A DNA stretch of 43,949 bases, taken from the UHGV virus genome UHGV-0179878; one strand, 5' to 3'. Source of the stretch: a virus. A program made the position numbers and the translations under genes. Positions 17,814 through 26,865 of the stretch are shown here, one piece after another. Under the pieces are notes generated by a model, which worked only from the letters and a program-made list of their open reading frames with translations, had not been told where the DNA came from and searched no databases. Numbering within the stretch: position 1 is the stretch's first letter; each line of letters begins with the position of its first letter.

Positions 17814-18407
17814 CTAATTGTTTATTAGAGTGTCGTAAGTTTTTCTATCGTTAACGAATAGATTAGTTCTCTCTGCGACACTCATATTGTTAAATTCTTC
17901 TTGTGTAATCCCACCATTTACGTTTTTACCGTCGTCTGGTGTGCGTCCACTTGGTTTACTTTCAGCAAATAAATAAGGCTTAGACTCTTTTAACGATTCA
18001 ATCGCTTTATCTAAACCTTTAACTTTGCCGTCATCTTGTAGTTCTAGTTCATCTTTGTTGATGAAAGCTAGAATGTCGTCAGCGTCGTTTGCGTCTTTCG
18101 CAACAGCTAACTTAACAGCGTTATTCAATTGTGATTCTTGGTACTTAGTTTGCCACTCTGCGTTTTTATCTTTTAATTCATCGAGTTCTTTTTGTAACTC
18201 GCTATCATCTTTCACAGAGTCATGTAATTTAGCAATTTGTTCATCACGGTTAGTAATCTCTGCTTTTAATTCATCGATTTCAGCGTTCTTGTCATTCAGT
18301 CGAGAACGTGGTACCATACCTGATTTCGATTCATCAATAGCGTCAATCACTTTCTGTTTATCGATTTCACCGTCTTTAAATTGCCCTAATAATGCGTATA
18401 AGTCCAT
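17814..18407 (-). CDS. Scaffolding protein.
   Basis: 197 aa, highly charged coiled coil (KDDSELQKELDELKDKNAEW...), immediately upstream of the capsid gene. Confidence 0.65.
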   Translation of the reverse strand: MDLYALLGQFKDGEIDKQKVIDAIDESKSGMVPRSRLNDKNAEIDELKAEITNRDEQIAKLHDSVKDDSELQKELDELKDKNAEWQTKYQESQLNNAVKLAVAKDANDADDILAFINKDELELQDDGKVKGLDKAIESLKESKPYLFAESKPSGRTPDDGKNVNGGITQEEFNNMSVAERTNLFVNDRKTYDTLINN

Positions 18408-18500
18408 ATTTAATTGCTCCTTTTACGTTTTTTACGTGTAACGACACGAAAGATTTGTATAAAAAAGAAGCCTTTTAACGACGGTGCTAAGGTCGAGTAT

Positions 18501-19448
18501 TTACTGCTTACGTTTATTCTTCTCCCACTCTCTATAGTTAGTGAAAGGTATTACGCCATCTTTTTTAGTTCTCATCGTTGTAGGTAATTCATCTTCATCT
18601 ATGTAGTAAAGCAACTTACAACGACAGTTGATGTTCTCTTTTGCGCTAGCTACACCTACAAACAACTTAGGTGCAGGACCTACACAACCACTAGAATGAA
18701 AGTTATCTTCAATATCGACTGAAGTGCCGTCTAAGTGTCTGTGTGTATCACGTGTGCGTGTATCTTTAGTAGCATACCAGCGTTTTTTCATATCAAGTCC
18801 GTTATCTTTAGCTACCATTGCGCTATCTAATCCAGCTTGTGATAATGCACGACCTGTTTCTGTTCTAGCTACACGCACTGATTGAGCTTTTGACATACCT
18901 AAATCATCTCTTAACGCTTTAGCTATCTTAGAATAACCTTCACCACTCATAATGCCTTGTGTTATGTGCGTGCGAATACGTTTCAATGTATCATCACGAT
19001 GTTTCTGTAACGTAGGTACTAACTTAATAAACTCAATAGGTTGTTCAATTGCCGTCTGTATCGTCTGCGCAGTAGGTATATCGAAGTTCATAGACGTTTG
19101 ACTCGCTACTTCATACAAAAATAGGCTCATCATGTACTTTTCCATATAGACGTTCTGTTGTGACTGTTTAATAGCCTTAGCGACTTCTCTATAGTCTTGA
19201 GATAACATCTGACCTATACGGTTAAGTTCTTTGTTGAGCCTGTTGTATTTATTAAATTCAGTCCATGTGACTTGTGGTTCATCTTTGTCATATTTCTCAT
19301 ACATATTCGCTATAATCTGTTTAATTTCTTTCAAACGTTTAGCAAATAGTATTTCTATTTCTCTCTCTGCTTGATTAACCAGTTTGTCGATGTAGTTATC
19401 TATGTCATTCTGATTGGTTATTTTCGGATTGTCTTTGTTGTTCGTCAT
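18501..19448 (-). CDS. Minor head / head morphogenesis protein (SPP1 gp7 / Mu F-like).
   Basis: 315 aa, immediately downstream of the portal gene and overlapping its end. Confidence 0.6.
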   Translation of the reverse strand: MTNNKDNPKITNQNDIDNYIDKLVNQAEREIEILFAKRLKEIKQIIANMYEKYDKDEPQVTWTEFNKYNRLNKELNRIGQMLSQDYREVAKAIKQSQQNVYMEKYMMSLFLYEVASQTSMNFDIPTAQTIQTAIEQPIEFIKLVPTLQKHRDDTLKRIRTHITQGIMSGEGYSKIAKALRDDLGMSKAQSVRVARTETGRALSQAGLDSAMVAKDNGLDMKKRWYATKDTRTRDTHRHLDGTSVDIEDNFHSSGCVGPAPKLFVGVASAKENINCRCKLLYYIDEDELPTTMRTKKDGVIPFTNYREWEKNKRKQ

Positions 19449-20841
19449 TCAATCCCTCCTCAATGTTAGGAAGTTGTTGATTGAGTTCTATGTTTTCTTG
19501 CTCTATTCTTTCCATTTCGGCCACAGGATCTTCAACCCAAGCATGGTTAGAAAGAATAGTTTCTTTAGATAATAGCCCTGTAGAATTCATAGCAATTTGA
19601 GAGTTTTCTAACTCATTTACCATTACATTGAAGTTGAACGTAATCTCGATGTCTTGCACTTTCACATCTAATCTGTAGAAGTCGATGATGTACTGCAATA
19701 ATTCTTGTAATGCAGTAAGTGTTTTATTCTTCAATTTATTAGCTTTCAAGTCTAAGTTACTGTACATAAATTTGAGCGCTATACCACTAGGGCTATTACC
19801 AAACTTATCTTGTTGGAAGTCTACACCTTGACCAAACTCTATAATGTAATCACGTAACATCTTCGTGTATTCCTTAACAGAGTCAATAGGCACTTCTACT
19901 TTGATAGTATCTACACCAGAACCACTTTCTCCTGCAACACTAATTGCTTTATAGTATTTAAGGTTATGCATGAAGTCTTTCATATCTTCACCTTCATAAC
20001 CTTTTAAGATATAGATTAACTCTACTGATTCGTCAAAAGTGTTTTGCGTGTCTGATAATCGCTTATCTAACGCGTCTATGATTGTTTTGTACATGAATAA
20101 GTCAGATACTTCTTGTGGGTTGTTCTTGAACGGAATAAAAGGAACACGTCCCCAACTCATCAATTTATTACCTTGATAATAATGAGGTTGTATATGATCT
20201 TCACTACGATAGAAATCAGGGATAAGTTGTCCTTCTTTCAACTCATAGAATGTCACATCATCTTTAGTCCAATACTCAACGCGTTCTGCTCCGTCTAATT
20301 CATATACACGAATAAACGCTTGCAGTTCATCTCTTTCTTTATTAGTCCAAATAGGTACAGCTTGTTCTGCAGGTACACGAAACGTTTTAAATTCTCCTTC
20401 TTCATCTACATAAGGTTGAACCCATTCGATACCTTTATTACTTGCAGCAGTTAATATATCTACTAATTTGTCATCCCACTTGTGATTAAGTGTGTGTTGT
20501 ATTTGCTTTAATGCTTTGTCATTATCTACACCAAACGTCACAGGATTAGCAACTGCATAAGCTACTTTCTGGTCTACTAAGTTTTGATGGTAGTTAGTAT
20601 ACATGCGCCAGTCTGGTTTAGTTTCGTCATAGTCGCCGTTCACATCTCTTTTGAAAGGAGCGTCTAATATATCTGGGTGATGATTATAATATCTTTCGCC
20701 CATTGTGATATTGTCTATATTCTCTTTATGTTCTCTAACCAAGCGCAATATCATTTCTTCTTGCGTTTCGTACTTCGGTTTGATTTGTTCTACCACTTGT
20801 TCGTGATATGGTTTGTCCCACGGCCAGTTAATGCTAATCAC
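19405..20841 (-). CDS. Portal protein.
   Basis: 478 aa, directly downstream of TerL. Acidic C-terminus. Confidence 0.8.
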   Translation of the reverse strand: MISINWPWDKPYHEQVVEQIKPKYETQEEMILRLVREHKENIDNITMGERYYNHHPDILDAPFKRDVNGDYDETKPDWRMYTNYHQNLVDQKVAYAVANPVTFGVDNDKALKQIQHTLNHKWDDKLVDILTAASNKGIEWVQPYVDEEGEFKTFRVPAEQAVPIWTNKERDELQAFIRVYELDGAERVEYWTKDDVTFYELKEGQLIPDFYRSEDHIQPHYYQGNKLMSWGRVPFIPFKNNPQEVSDLFMYKTIIDALDKRLSDTQNTFDESVELIYILKGYEGEDMKDFMHNLKYYKAISVAGESGSGVDTIKVEVPIDSVKEYTKMLRDYIIEFGQGVDFQQDKFGNSPSGIALKFMYSNLDLKANKLKNKTLTALQELLQYIIDFYRLDVKVQDIEITFNFNVMVNELENSQIAMNSTGLLSKETILSNHAWVEDPVAEMERIEQENIELNQQLPNIEEGLNDEQQRQSENNQSE

Positions 20842-20846
20842 CTCGT

Positions 20847-22139
20847 TTACGTAAGTATGCTAAGTTTATTCTGCCTCATGTCACGCTCTAAGGCGTATCT
20901 AGTGGCGTCTATTGTGTGATTGTCTTTATCTTCTAATCTCGGTTTAACGTTGCCGTCTTTGTCAGTTTCATAGTCGATATTCTCAAACTCTCTCGCTATA
21001 TTAGGTGTTCTGTTAGGATCTATCACAATAGCTGTTAAATCATCAAGCCATTGTTCTCCGTGTTCTACACTGTCAGGACCTTTTTTCACACCTTTAATTC
21101 TCTTGATACCGTGTTCTTGTTTCAGCTCTGCGATTGATTTCGGTTCAGCGCTATCTGCGAATATTTCATCTGATTGATAGCCTCTACGCTTTAACCAGTT
21201 AGCAAACTCTCTATTGCTTATTTGTACACCATAGTGTTCATCAACTGCATAGATAATACGTTTCTTCTTATCATAGTGCCAACGTACAAATGCCAACGGA
21301 TCAGTAGCATAACCAAAGTCAACTGCATTACGTATATTATCGAATGTCTTGTGTAAGTCATCAGGTATCTTCTCTATTTGCAAGTTGTTAAACGGTACAA
21401 CGCCACTACCAATAGCTTCACCCATATATTCCCAACGATAACGTTGTTCGTTACGTTCTTTTGCACTCTCTGCCTCTTGTATAAACTGTTTAGAAATAAA
21501 AGGGTTATCTAAGTACGTTGAATGGTGTACGAACGTATTATCCGGTTGGAATGAGGTCTCATATTTTTTGTTAACCCACGATTGTTTTCTCTTAGGTGGG
21601 TTGTAACTAAAGAAAAACTTGTAAAACAATCCGTCATCTAATTCTCCACGTAACATAGAGTTAGTAATTGTCGTAACTTCATCTTCTGTCTTAAATTCTG
21701 CTAACTCCTCTATCCACATGATAGAAAAAGGGAATCGACTATCTTTTAACGACTTTAATCGTTCAGGGTTCTGCGCCCCTCTAAAGATAATCCGATTCCC
21801 TCTAGGAACATACGTAATTTCCATTGGCGACACTTTGACTTTGAACAGGTGCGACACCTTTTGTTCTTCTATCGCCCACTTAATTTGCTCAAATACTGAT
21901 GTAGCTAATGTATTGTCTGTCTTACGTACTACAACTGCATTCATAGGATAACGCATGATTAACTGTGTAATGATGATAGATATGTCAGACGACTTACCAC
22001 TACCACGTCCACCTTTAGCTACTATGTTCAACTTCTCTCTATCTTTAGTCGCTTTCCATAAGCTATGAAAGTGTTTAGGTAACAGTTCAGATAGATTAAT
22101 CGATATCGTCATTGAACTGTACCGTCGCAGTTGTTTCAA
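20847..22139 (-). CDS. terL: Terminase large subunit (pac-type).
   Basis: 430 aa. Walker A-like VAKGGRGSGKS near the N-terminus. Overlaps the terS 3' end. Confidence 0.85.
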   Translation of the reverse strand: MKQLRRYSSMTISINLSELLPKHFHSLWKATKDREKLNIVAKGGRGSGKSSDISIIITQLIMRYPMNAVVVRKTDNTLATSVFEQIKWAIEEQKVSHLFKVKVSPMEITYVPRGNRIIFRGAQNPERLKSLKDSRFPFSIMWIEELAEFKTEDEVTTITNSMLRGELDDGLFYKFFFSYNPPKRKQSWVNKKYETSFQPDNTFVHHSTYLDNPFISKQFIQEAESAKERNEQRYRWEYMGEAIGSGVVPFNNLQIEKIPDDLHKTFDNIRNAVDFGYATDPLAFVRWHYDKKKRIIYAVDEHYGVQISNREFANWLKRRGYQSDEIFADSAEPKSIAELKQEHGIKRIKGVKKGPDSVEHGEQWLDDLTAIVIDPNRTPNIAREFENIDYETDKDGNVKPRLEDKDNHTIDATRYALERDMRQNKLSILT

Positions 22140-22530
22140 TTTGTTGCTTGTCTGTCCACATCATATATCGTTTACCTAATAATTCTGCAGCTTTCGTTCT
22201 AGCGTTAGTATCTGATCGTTTTTCCAAAGACTCTACTTCCATTTCTCCTCTACCAATTCCAATCGGTATGAGTTCTTGGTCTGTTATTTCCCCACGTAAT
22301 ACAGAAGTGAGATATTGAAGTATTTCGTCTTGGTCTGCAATTGCATCTTTTTTCAGTTTTTCCATTCGTTTGTCTATCTCTGCTTTTATTCCAACATTTT
22401 CCAACAATTTATGACTACTTGATTTTGCGTATTTCTCACTATAACCAGCCCTGATTGCCGATTGATAAGCAGTACCTGTCTTAATGTACTCATCAACAAA
22501 TGTTTGTTGTTTAAGATTCAGTTTCGTCAT
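22096..22530 (-). CDS. terS: Terminase small subunit (phi11/80alpha-like).
   Basis: 144 aa. N-terminal MTKLNLKQQTFVDEYIKTGTAYQSAIRAGYSEKYAKSSSHKLL resembles phi11 TerS (FADEYI...AAISAGYSKKTA). Confidence 0.8.
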   Translation of the reverse strand: MTKLNLKQQTFVDEYIKTGTAYQSAIRAGYSEKYAKSSSHKLLENVGIKAEIDKRMEKLKKDAIADQDEILQYLTSVLRGEITDQELIPIGIGRGEMEVESLEKRSDTNARTKAAELLGKRYMMWTDKQQIETTATVQFNDDID

Positions 22531-22578
22531 CGTATATTACCACCTACTCTCACGGTTAAGCACCTTTATTTGACGTAT

Positions 22579-22605
22579 AAAAAAAGACACTGCATAAACA
22601 GTGCC
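22579..22605 (-). terminator. Intrinsic terminator-like hairpin about 50 nt upstream of the terS start.
   Basis: Minus strand: GGCACUG-UUUAUG-CAGUGUC (7-bp stem with one G.U) followed by UUUUUUU. Confidence 0.5.
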
Positions 22606-23062
22606 TAATGATTATGTTTTTATAACTGGGATATTAATAAGTGATTTGATGAATTGGCTTGTAATGATAAGCAAGTTTCACATTTATTATGGCAAGTAAT
22701 AAATCATTTGTTAATTTGTTATTTATTCAAGTTTATCCACCCATATCACATCAATACATAAAAAAGTTACCCGTGTGTTCTCACGGATAACTAATTAAGG
22801 GGAGGAGAAAGATTGTATATTATGTTCATACCAACTCATCAAAGCACGTGTTGTAAGATTCAATTAAACTACCCGCCATTGTGACGGATAGTCAAGCAAT
22901 CGGATGCGCAACGTCTATAAAGGCGATAAGCACTTATCCAATCACTTTGAATTGAATACCCCACCATAGTGCGAAAGGATAAACACTATGTCTTGTGAGG
23001 TAATTCTTACAATATCATAATACACCGATTATAAACGGACTTACACACTTCAAAAGTCCACC

Positions 23063-23479
23063 TTACACATAACCTATAAATTCTGCCAATCTATTTATCA
23101 TTGCGTCACGTCGTCTTAATATACTCGTCTTACTTGTTCCGAAGTAGTCAGCTATATCTTCCCACTCACTACAACCTATCGGACATTCCCAGTATCTCAA
23201 GCGCATTAAGTCTTGTGTGTCTTCATCTGATTCATAAATGAGCTTATCTACACCTTTTACAATGTTACGTAAGTTGTTATAACGATTGTCGCTTAACTTC
23301 TTAATTGATTCTCTCTCGATAGGATTACCTGGTATATTACTCTTACCTGCTCCTACATTCTCGGGTTCGTGATTTTCTAGTAGTTCATACTCTCTTACTT
23401 TTAACTCTCGTCTGTAGCGTTCTATGTTCTTGATATAATCTTCTAACTTCTTTATATCGTGTCGTTCAATCGTTATCAT
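23063..23479 (-). CDS. rinA: Late-gene transcriptional activator, RinA/ArpU family.
   Basis: 138 aa. N-terminal ...KKLEDYIKNIERYRRELKVRE... and C-terminal ...ILRRRDAMINRLAEFIG match the architecture of phi11 RinA (...ISRLAEELG). Located upstream of terS. Confidence 0.65.
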   Translation of the reverse strand: MITIERHDIKKLEDYIKNIERYRRELKVREYELLENHEPENVGAGKSNIPGNPIERESIKKLSDNRYNNLRNIVKGVDKLIYESDEDTQDLMRLRYWECPIGCSEWEDIADYFGTSKTSILRRRDAMINRLAEFIGYV

Positions 23480-23481
23480 AC

Positions 23482-23622
23482 TTACCCTCCATTCTCCAAC
23501 TTATCTCTTAACACTTCAATTTCATACTCTTTCACTTCTAACTGATGTTTTAGATCATTCTGTTCAAGTATAGAGCCAAATAGTAGTAAAACTAATATAA
23601 TGATTGCTATTACGCCCCACAT
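23482..23622 (-). CDS. Small membrane/coiled-coil protein (46 aa).
   Basis: MWGVIAIIILVLLLFGSILEQNDLKHQLEVKEYEIEVLRDKLENGG. Its stop sits adjacent to the rinA RBS and start. Not in the ORF track (under 60 aa). Confidence 0.3.
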   Translation of the reverse strand: MWGVIAIIILVLLLFGSILEQNDLKHQLEVKEYEIEVLRDKLENGG

Positions 23623-24008
23623 TGTTTGACCACCTCTAAATTAGGTTTGTGTTCTAGTACACGTCCGTTAAAACTACATGCATCTTCTTTAGCTGAATAT
23701 AAATCGTCGTAAGATAAAGCTTCAAATACATTGTCAGTGATTATGCATGTGTTTCCATAACTACCTATATATTTTTTCACTAAATATACTCCTTTTTTTA
23801 ACTCAACCACGTATTTGCCTATGTTGTTTTTATTATCCTTATTTTTCAACCAAGATACCTCTCTTTCTAAATGTAACTTATCTAATTGCAATCCATGTTT
23901 ATCTTCCTGTAACTCATTAACTCTTTTCTCTGCTTTAATCCACTTATATATAGCAAAAATACACAGTACTAACACAATTATTACCGATGAAAAACTTATC
24001 CAAATCAC
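23610..24008 (-). CDS. Hypothetical protein with an N-terminal transmembrane anchor.
   Basis: 132 aa. N-terminal hydrophobic helix MIWISFSSVIIVLVLCIFAIY. Confidence 0.5.
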   Translation of the reverse strand: MIWISFSSVIIVLVLCIFAIYKWIKAEKRVNELQEDKHGLQLDKLHLEREVSWLKNKDNKNNIGKYVVELKKGVYLVKKYIGSYGNTCIITDNVFEALSYDDLYSAKEDACSFNGRVLEHKPNLEVVKQCGA

Positions 24009-24009
24009 A

Positions 24010-24210
24010 TTAATAACCTCCTAAAATCCCAAAATATAAAAAGTGTAAAAATAGCAAGATAGAAAGTAAAAACATGGTAACGGAAAACCCAATCGTTACA
24101 TATTCCTTGTATTTAATTCCTTCAACAAAAAGATATATTATAAATATCTCCATTAAAACAAAGACTATAGACAATGTTATAATTGTAATCATATATATAA
24201 TTTCACCCAA
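24010..24210 (-). CDS. Small hydrophobic membrane protein.
   Basis: 66 aa, two transmembrane helices. RBS GGAGGT upstream. Confidence 0.45.
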   Translation of the reverse strand: MGEIIYMITIITLSIVFVLMEIFIIYLFVEGIKYKEYVTIGFSVTMFLLSILLFLHFLYFGILGGY

Positions 24211-24213
24211 TAT

Positions 24214-24384
24214 TTAATAACCTCCGTATATGCCATTTAAATGAGCGTGGTCGTGTTCGTCGAAGTCCTTAGGCACTTCCACCTCATCGTTTGCAGTTAA
24301 CTTATAATACAACTCTCTACCAATCCATTTACCTAACTCATACATAGCGATAGTGAACCAAAGTTTTATTAGTTTCTTAATCAT
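24214..24384 (-). CDS. Small hypothetical protein (56 aa).
   Basis: RBS AAAGGAG, then ATG. MIKKLIKLWFTIAMYELGKWIGRELYYKLTANDEVEVPKDFDEHDHAHLNGIYGGY. Its stop overlaps the RBS of the next gene. Confidence 0.35.
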   Translation of the reverse strand: MIKKLIKLWFTIAMYELGKWIGRELYYKLTANDEVEVPKDFDEHDHAHLNGIYGGY

Positions 24385-24488
24385 TTTATCGACTCCTTTA
24401 ATATTACAATTTTGAAAGTTTGATAAAACCTCCTGTAAATCTCGAAAATATTACGTTATATTTGCAATATCAATTAGGAGGTGTAGAA

Positions 24489-24791
24489 ATGAGCAAATCA
24501 GCGAATAATGTGTTAGCTTCTTTTTGCTATTTCAGTGTATTTTTCATGCCTTTTTTATTTCCACTTATCGTTTGGATATTAGCTAGTGGTAATACTGCAA
24601 GACATGCTAGAAAAGCCTTACTTTACCATATATTACCTATTATTTTTATAATCGTATCAGCAGTAATACTATCTACAATTAGTAATGATTACAATAATAT
24701 AACTTTTATAGTAGGTATTATTATTGGCTTACTTGCAATATACTATATGATTAAAAATTTGTTTTTAGGAATAAAATTACTATTAGCTTAG
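24489..24791 (+). CDS. Plus-strand membrane-protein moron (about 100 aa, 3 transmembrane segments).
   Basis: RBS AGGAGGTG 7 nt upstream of ATG (MSKSANNVLASF...). Opposite orientation to the surrounding operon. Own terminator immediately downstream. An AT-rich, promoter-like region lies upstream. Confidence 0.6.
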   Translation: MSKSANNVLASFCYFSVFFMPFLFPLIVWILASGNTARHARKALLYHILPIIFIIVSAVILSTISNDYNNITFIVGIIIGLLAIYYMIKNLFLGIKLLLA

Positions 24792-24796
24792 AAGTA

Positions 24797-24830
24797 AAAA
24801 GTCCTTTTGGGCTTTTTACTTTTTTACCTT
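24797..24830. terminator. Bidirectional intrinsic terminator.
   Basis: AAAAAGUCC-UUUU-GGGCUUUUU hairpin flanked by an A-run and a T-run. It ends both the plus-strand moron and the minus-strand dut transcript. Confidence 0.55.
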
Positions 24831-24881
24831 ACTTTTCGTTACTCTTTGCGAAGTATTCTTTTAATCTCTGCTACTATATCT

Positions 24882-25307
24882 TTACTCTCCTGTGCTTCCA
24901 TATGCACCTCTGTCACTTTCATTTTCAAACCAATCAACCTGTTTGGGCGTAGGATATACAACTGGTGCTACAACTAACTGTGCCAGTCTTTCTCCTTTTT
25001 CTACTGTAATATCTTCATCACCTATATTGTCTGTGATAATACCGATTTCTTTATTGTATGTTTGGTCTATTGTTCCTAATGCTACACGTAACTTTGTTTT
25101 AAGCGACTTACCAGATCTAGGTCTCACTTGTGCCTCATATCCATAAGGCAGATTAATTGCTATATCTGTTTTAACTACTTTAGTTGCGTGTGCAGGAATG
25201 TTAATCGTTTCTGATACATACAAGTCCAATCCACTATCCGTAGAATTTGCTCTCTTCGGCATAGTCGCATTTTCTGATAACAATTTAATTTCTAATGTAT
25301 TTGTCAT
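24882..25307 (-). CDS. dut: dUTPase (trimeric Dut family).
   Basis: 141 aa. Conserved dUTPase motifs RANSTDSGLDL, RPRSGKS, GTIDQTYNKEIGI and C-terminal RGAYGSTGE. Confidence 0.85.
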   Translation of the reverse strand: MTNTLEIKLLSENATMPKRANSTDSGLDLYVSETINIPAHATKVVKTDIAINLPYGYEAQVRPRSGKSLKTKLRVALGTIDQTYNKEIGIITDNIGDEDITVEKGERLAQLVVAPVVYPTPKQVDWFENESDRGAYGSTGE

Positions 25308-25310
25308 TTA

Positions 25311-25487
25311 TTATTCCTCCTTGTAATTGATAAGTTTATATGTGTACTCTGCTCCGTAATCTTTCATAACATGCTCAGCAAGAATACTTACGTTAACTCT
25401 TAATTTAGCTTTTTCCTTACGCAACCTTACATAGTCTGCAATAAATGCACCAATTATAATTAGCACCAATACATGGAACACCGTCAT
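25311..25487 (-). CDS. Small membrane protein (58 aa).
   Basis: RBS GGAGGA, then ATG. MTVFHVLVLIIIGAFIADYVRLRKEKAKLRVNVSILAEHVMKDYGAEYTYKLINYKEE. Under the ORF-track size cut-off. Confidence 0.35.
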   Translation of the reverse strand: MTVFHVLVLIIIGAFIADYVRLRKEKAKLRVNVSILAEHVMKDYGAEYTYKLINYKEE

Positions 25488-25772
25488 TTATTGTTCCTCC
25501 TTAAAATCTTCTATTGTTTCTTTTATATTATCTATGAAATCGTCTATACTTTTTCTTATATCTTTACCACTGCAATTGTTAGGATCTTCCATAGTTTCAT
25601 GTCGCAAATTTACTAATCTCACTAAAACCATACCAAACAGTTCATTTAAACTATCTATTTTACTTGCTGCCTTTGCATCTTTATTCACTTCTCTATGAAA
25701 CCCAACATCTTCTAACAAATCTTCGTCGTTTATCTCTATCTTTAAATTTAATTTCAAAACATTACACTCCAA
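25488..25772 (-). CDS. Hypothetical early protein.
   Basis: 94 aa ORF in the same-strand early operon. Confidence 0.45.
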   Translation of the reverse strand: MECNVLKLNLKIEINDEDLLEDVGFHREVNKDAKAASKIDSLNELFGMVLVRLVNLRHETMEDPNNCSGKDIRKSIDDFIDNIKETIEDFKEEQ

Positions 25773-25795
25773 TATTTTTTATAGTCGTTTATTTA

Positions 25796-25987
25796 TTACT
25801 CCCAGTATTTAATCAAAATATGTGAACAATATTCATCGTAACTTTCCACCCAGTTAACTTGATAACCAACTACTTCATACTCTTTAATTCCATTAATTCT
25901 TAAAAATTCATTTACCACTTCATGTATTTTGGTTGATGAACGTTCAAATTCTTTAATCTTCCACATCACTACCACGCTCCAAATCAT
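25796..25987 (-). CDS. Hypothetical early protein.
   Basis: 63 aa ORF in the operon. Confidence 0.4.
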   Translation of the reverse strand: MIWSVVVMWKIKEFERSSTKIHEVVNEFLRINGIKEYEVVGYQVNWVESYDEYCSHILIKYWE

Positions 25988-26261
25988 TTATCTTATTTTC
26001 AATATTTTTATATGCGATTAGTAAGTTTCCGAAGTATCCAAAGTTATTAAAATTTGGTGCAAACTCTTTTCTTGTAGTTAACGTTTCAATTTTGTCTAAT
26101 GTATATTCCTTTATCTCATCAAACGCCTCTGCCTTCCTTTTCACTTCTGCCATATCATTGATAAGTTCATCACGTTGCTTACGGAAACTGTCGCGTTCTC
26201 TTTTTGCTTTCTTCAATCTAGCGTCCATAACACTAAAAACAAACTTAGCTTCTGCGTTCAT
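25953..26261 (-). CDS. Hypothetical coiled-coil early protein.
   Basis: 102 aa, charged coiled coil. Confidence 0.45.
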   Translation of the reverse strand: MNAEAKFVFSVMDARLKKAKRERDSFRKQRDELINDMAEVKRKAEAFDEIKEYTLDKIETLTTRKEFAPNFNNFGYFGNLLIAYKNIENKINDLERGSDVED

Positions 26262-26264
26262 TTA

Positions 26265-26651
26265 CTAGTCCACCAACTTTCCATTTTCCCAAATAAGTAT
26301 GAGTGTTCCATCGTTATTAATCAGGTAATAAGCGATAGTTCTAGTGCTAGTTTCAGATATATGGATAGATGTACTGCGATATATAGAAGCCTCTGTTGCG
26401 TTATCTCTCGTTTCGTAAATTTTTAAAAGTAAAGGGAAAATAGTATCTTCCGTAATTTCCTCTTCGACTTCTATTGTAAAAGTTTCATCTATAGCAGTTT
26501 CATGCTCTATCGATACATTTTGAAGCTTATCGAAATACACAGAACTACCATCGAGATTGCTATAAAACGCTTTTTCTGTAATACGGTTCTTCCAACCCCA
26601 CTGAATTAATTCCGGTAATGTCATTTTCTTCTTTTGTTTAATCTTTACCAT
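26265..26651 (-). CDS. Hypothetical early protein.
   Basis: 128 aa ORF. Confidence 0.45.
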   Translation of the reverse strand: MVKIKQKKKMTLPELIQWGWKNRITEKAFYSNLDGSSVYFDKLQNVSIEHETAIDETFTIEVEEEITEDTIFPLLLKIYETRDNATEASIYRSTSIHISETSTRTIAYYLINNDGTLILIWENGKLVD

Positions 26652-26865
26652 TACTCATGCACTCCCTATTCTTCCTTATATTTTCTTTCTCAACTTTCAT
26701 CGTCACTCTACTTCCTGCTACCTTAACCACAAAGCCTTTAACACCTAGCTGTCGTAATTCACGCTGTATTTCTGTAGGTGTTTTGCCTTGTGTGTTATAT
26801 CTGTATCTTTGGTTGATTGTGTCGGATAGTATCATGCGTTCATCTTCTCGTATTCGTCTGCCCAC
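26638..26865 (-). CDS. Hypothetical early protein (basic).
   Basis: 75 aa ORF. Confidence 0.4.
   Translation of the reverse strand: MGRRIREDERMILSDTINQRYRYNTQGKTPTEIQRELRQLGVKGFVVKVAGSRVTMKVEKENIRKNRECMSNGKD

Noticed and set aside
22531-23062. A cos site between rinA and terS.
   Set aside because: TerS and TerL are of the phi11/80alpha pac type, where pac lies within terS. No HNH sits adjacent to the terminase as in Staphylococcus cos phages.
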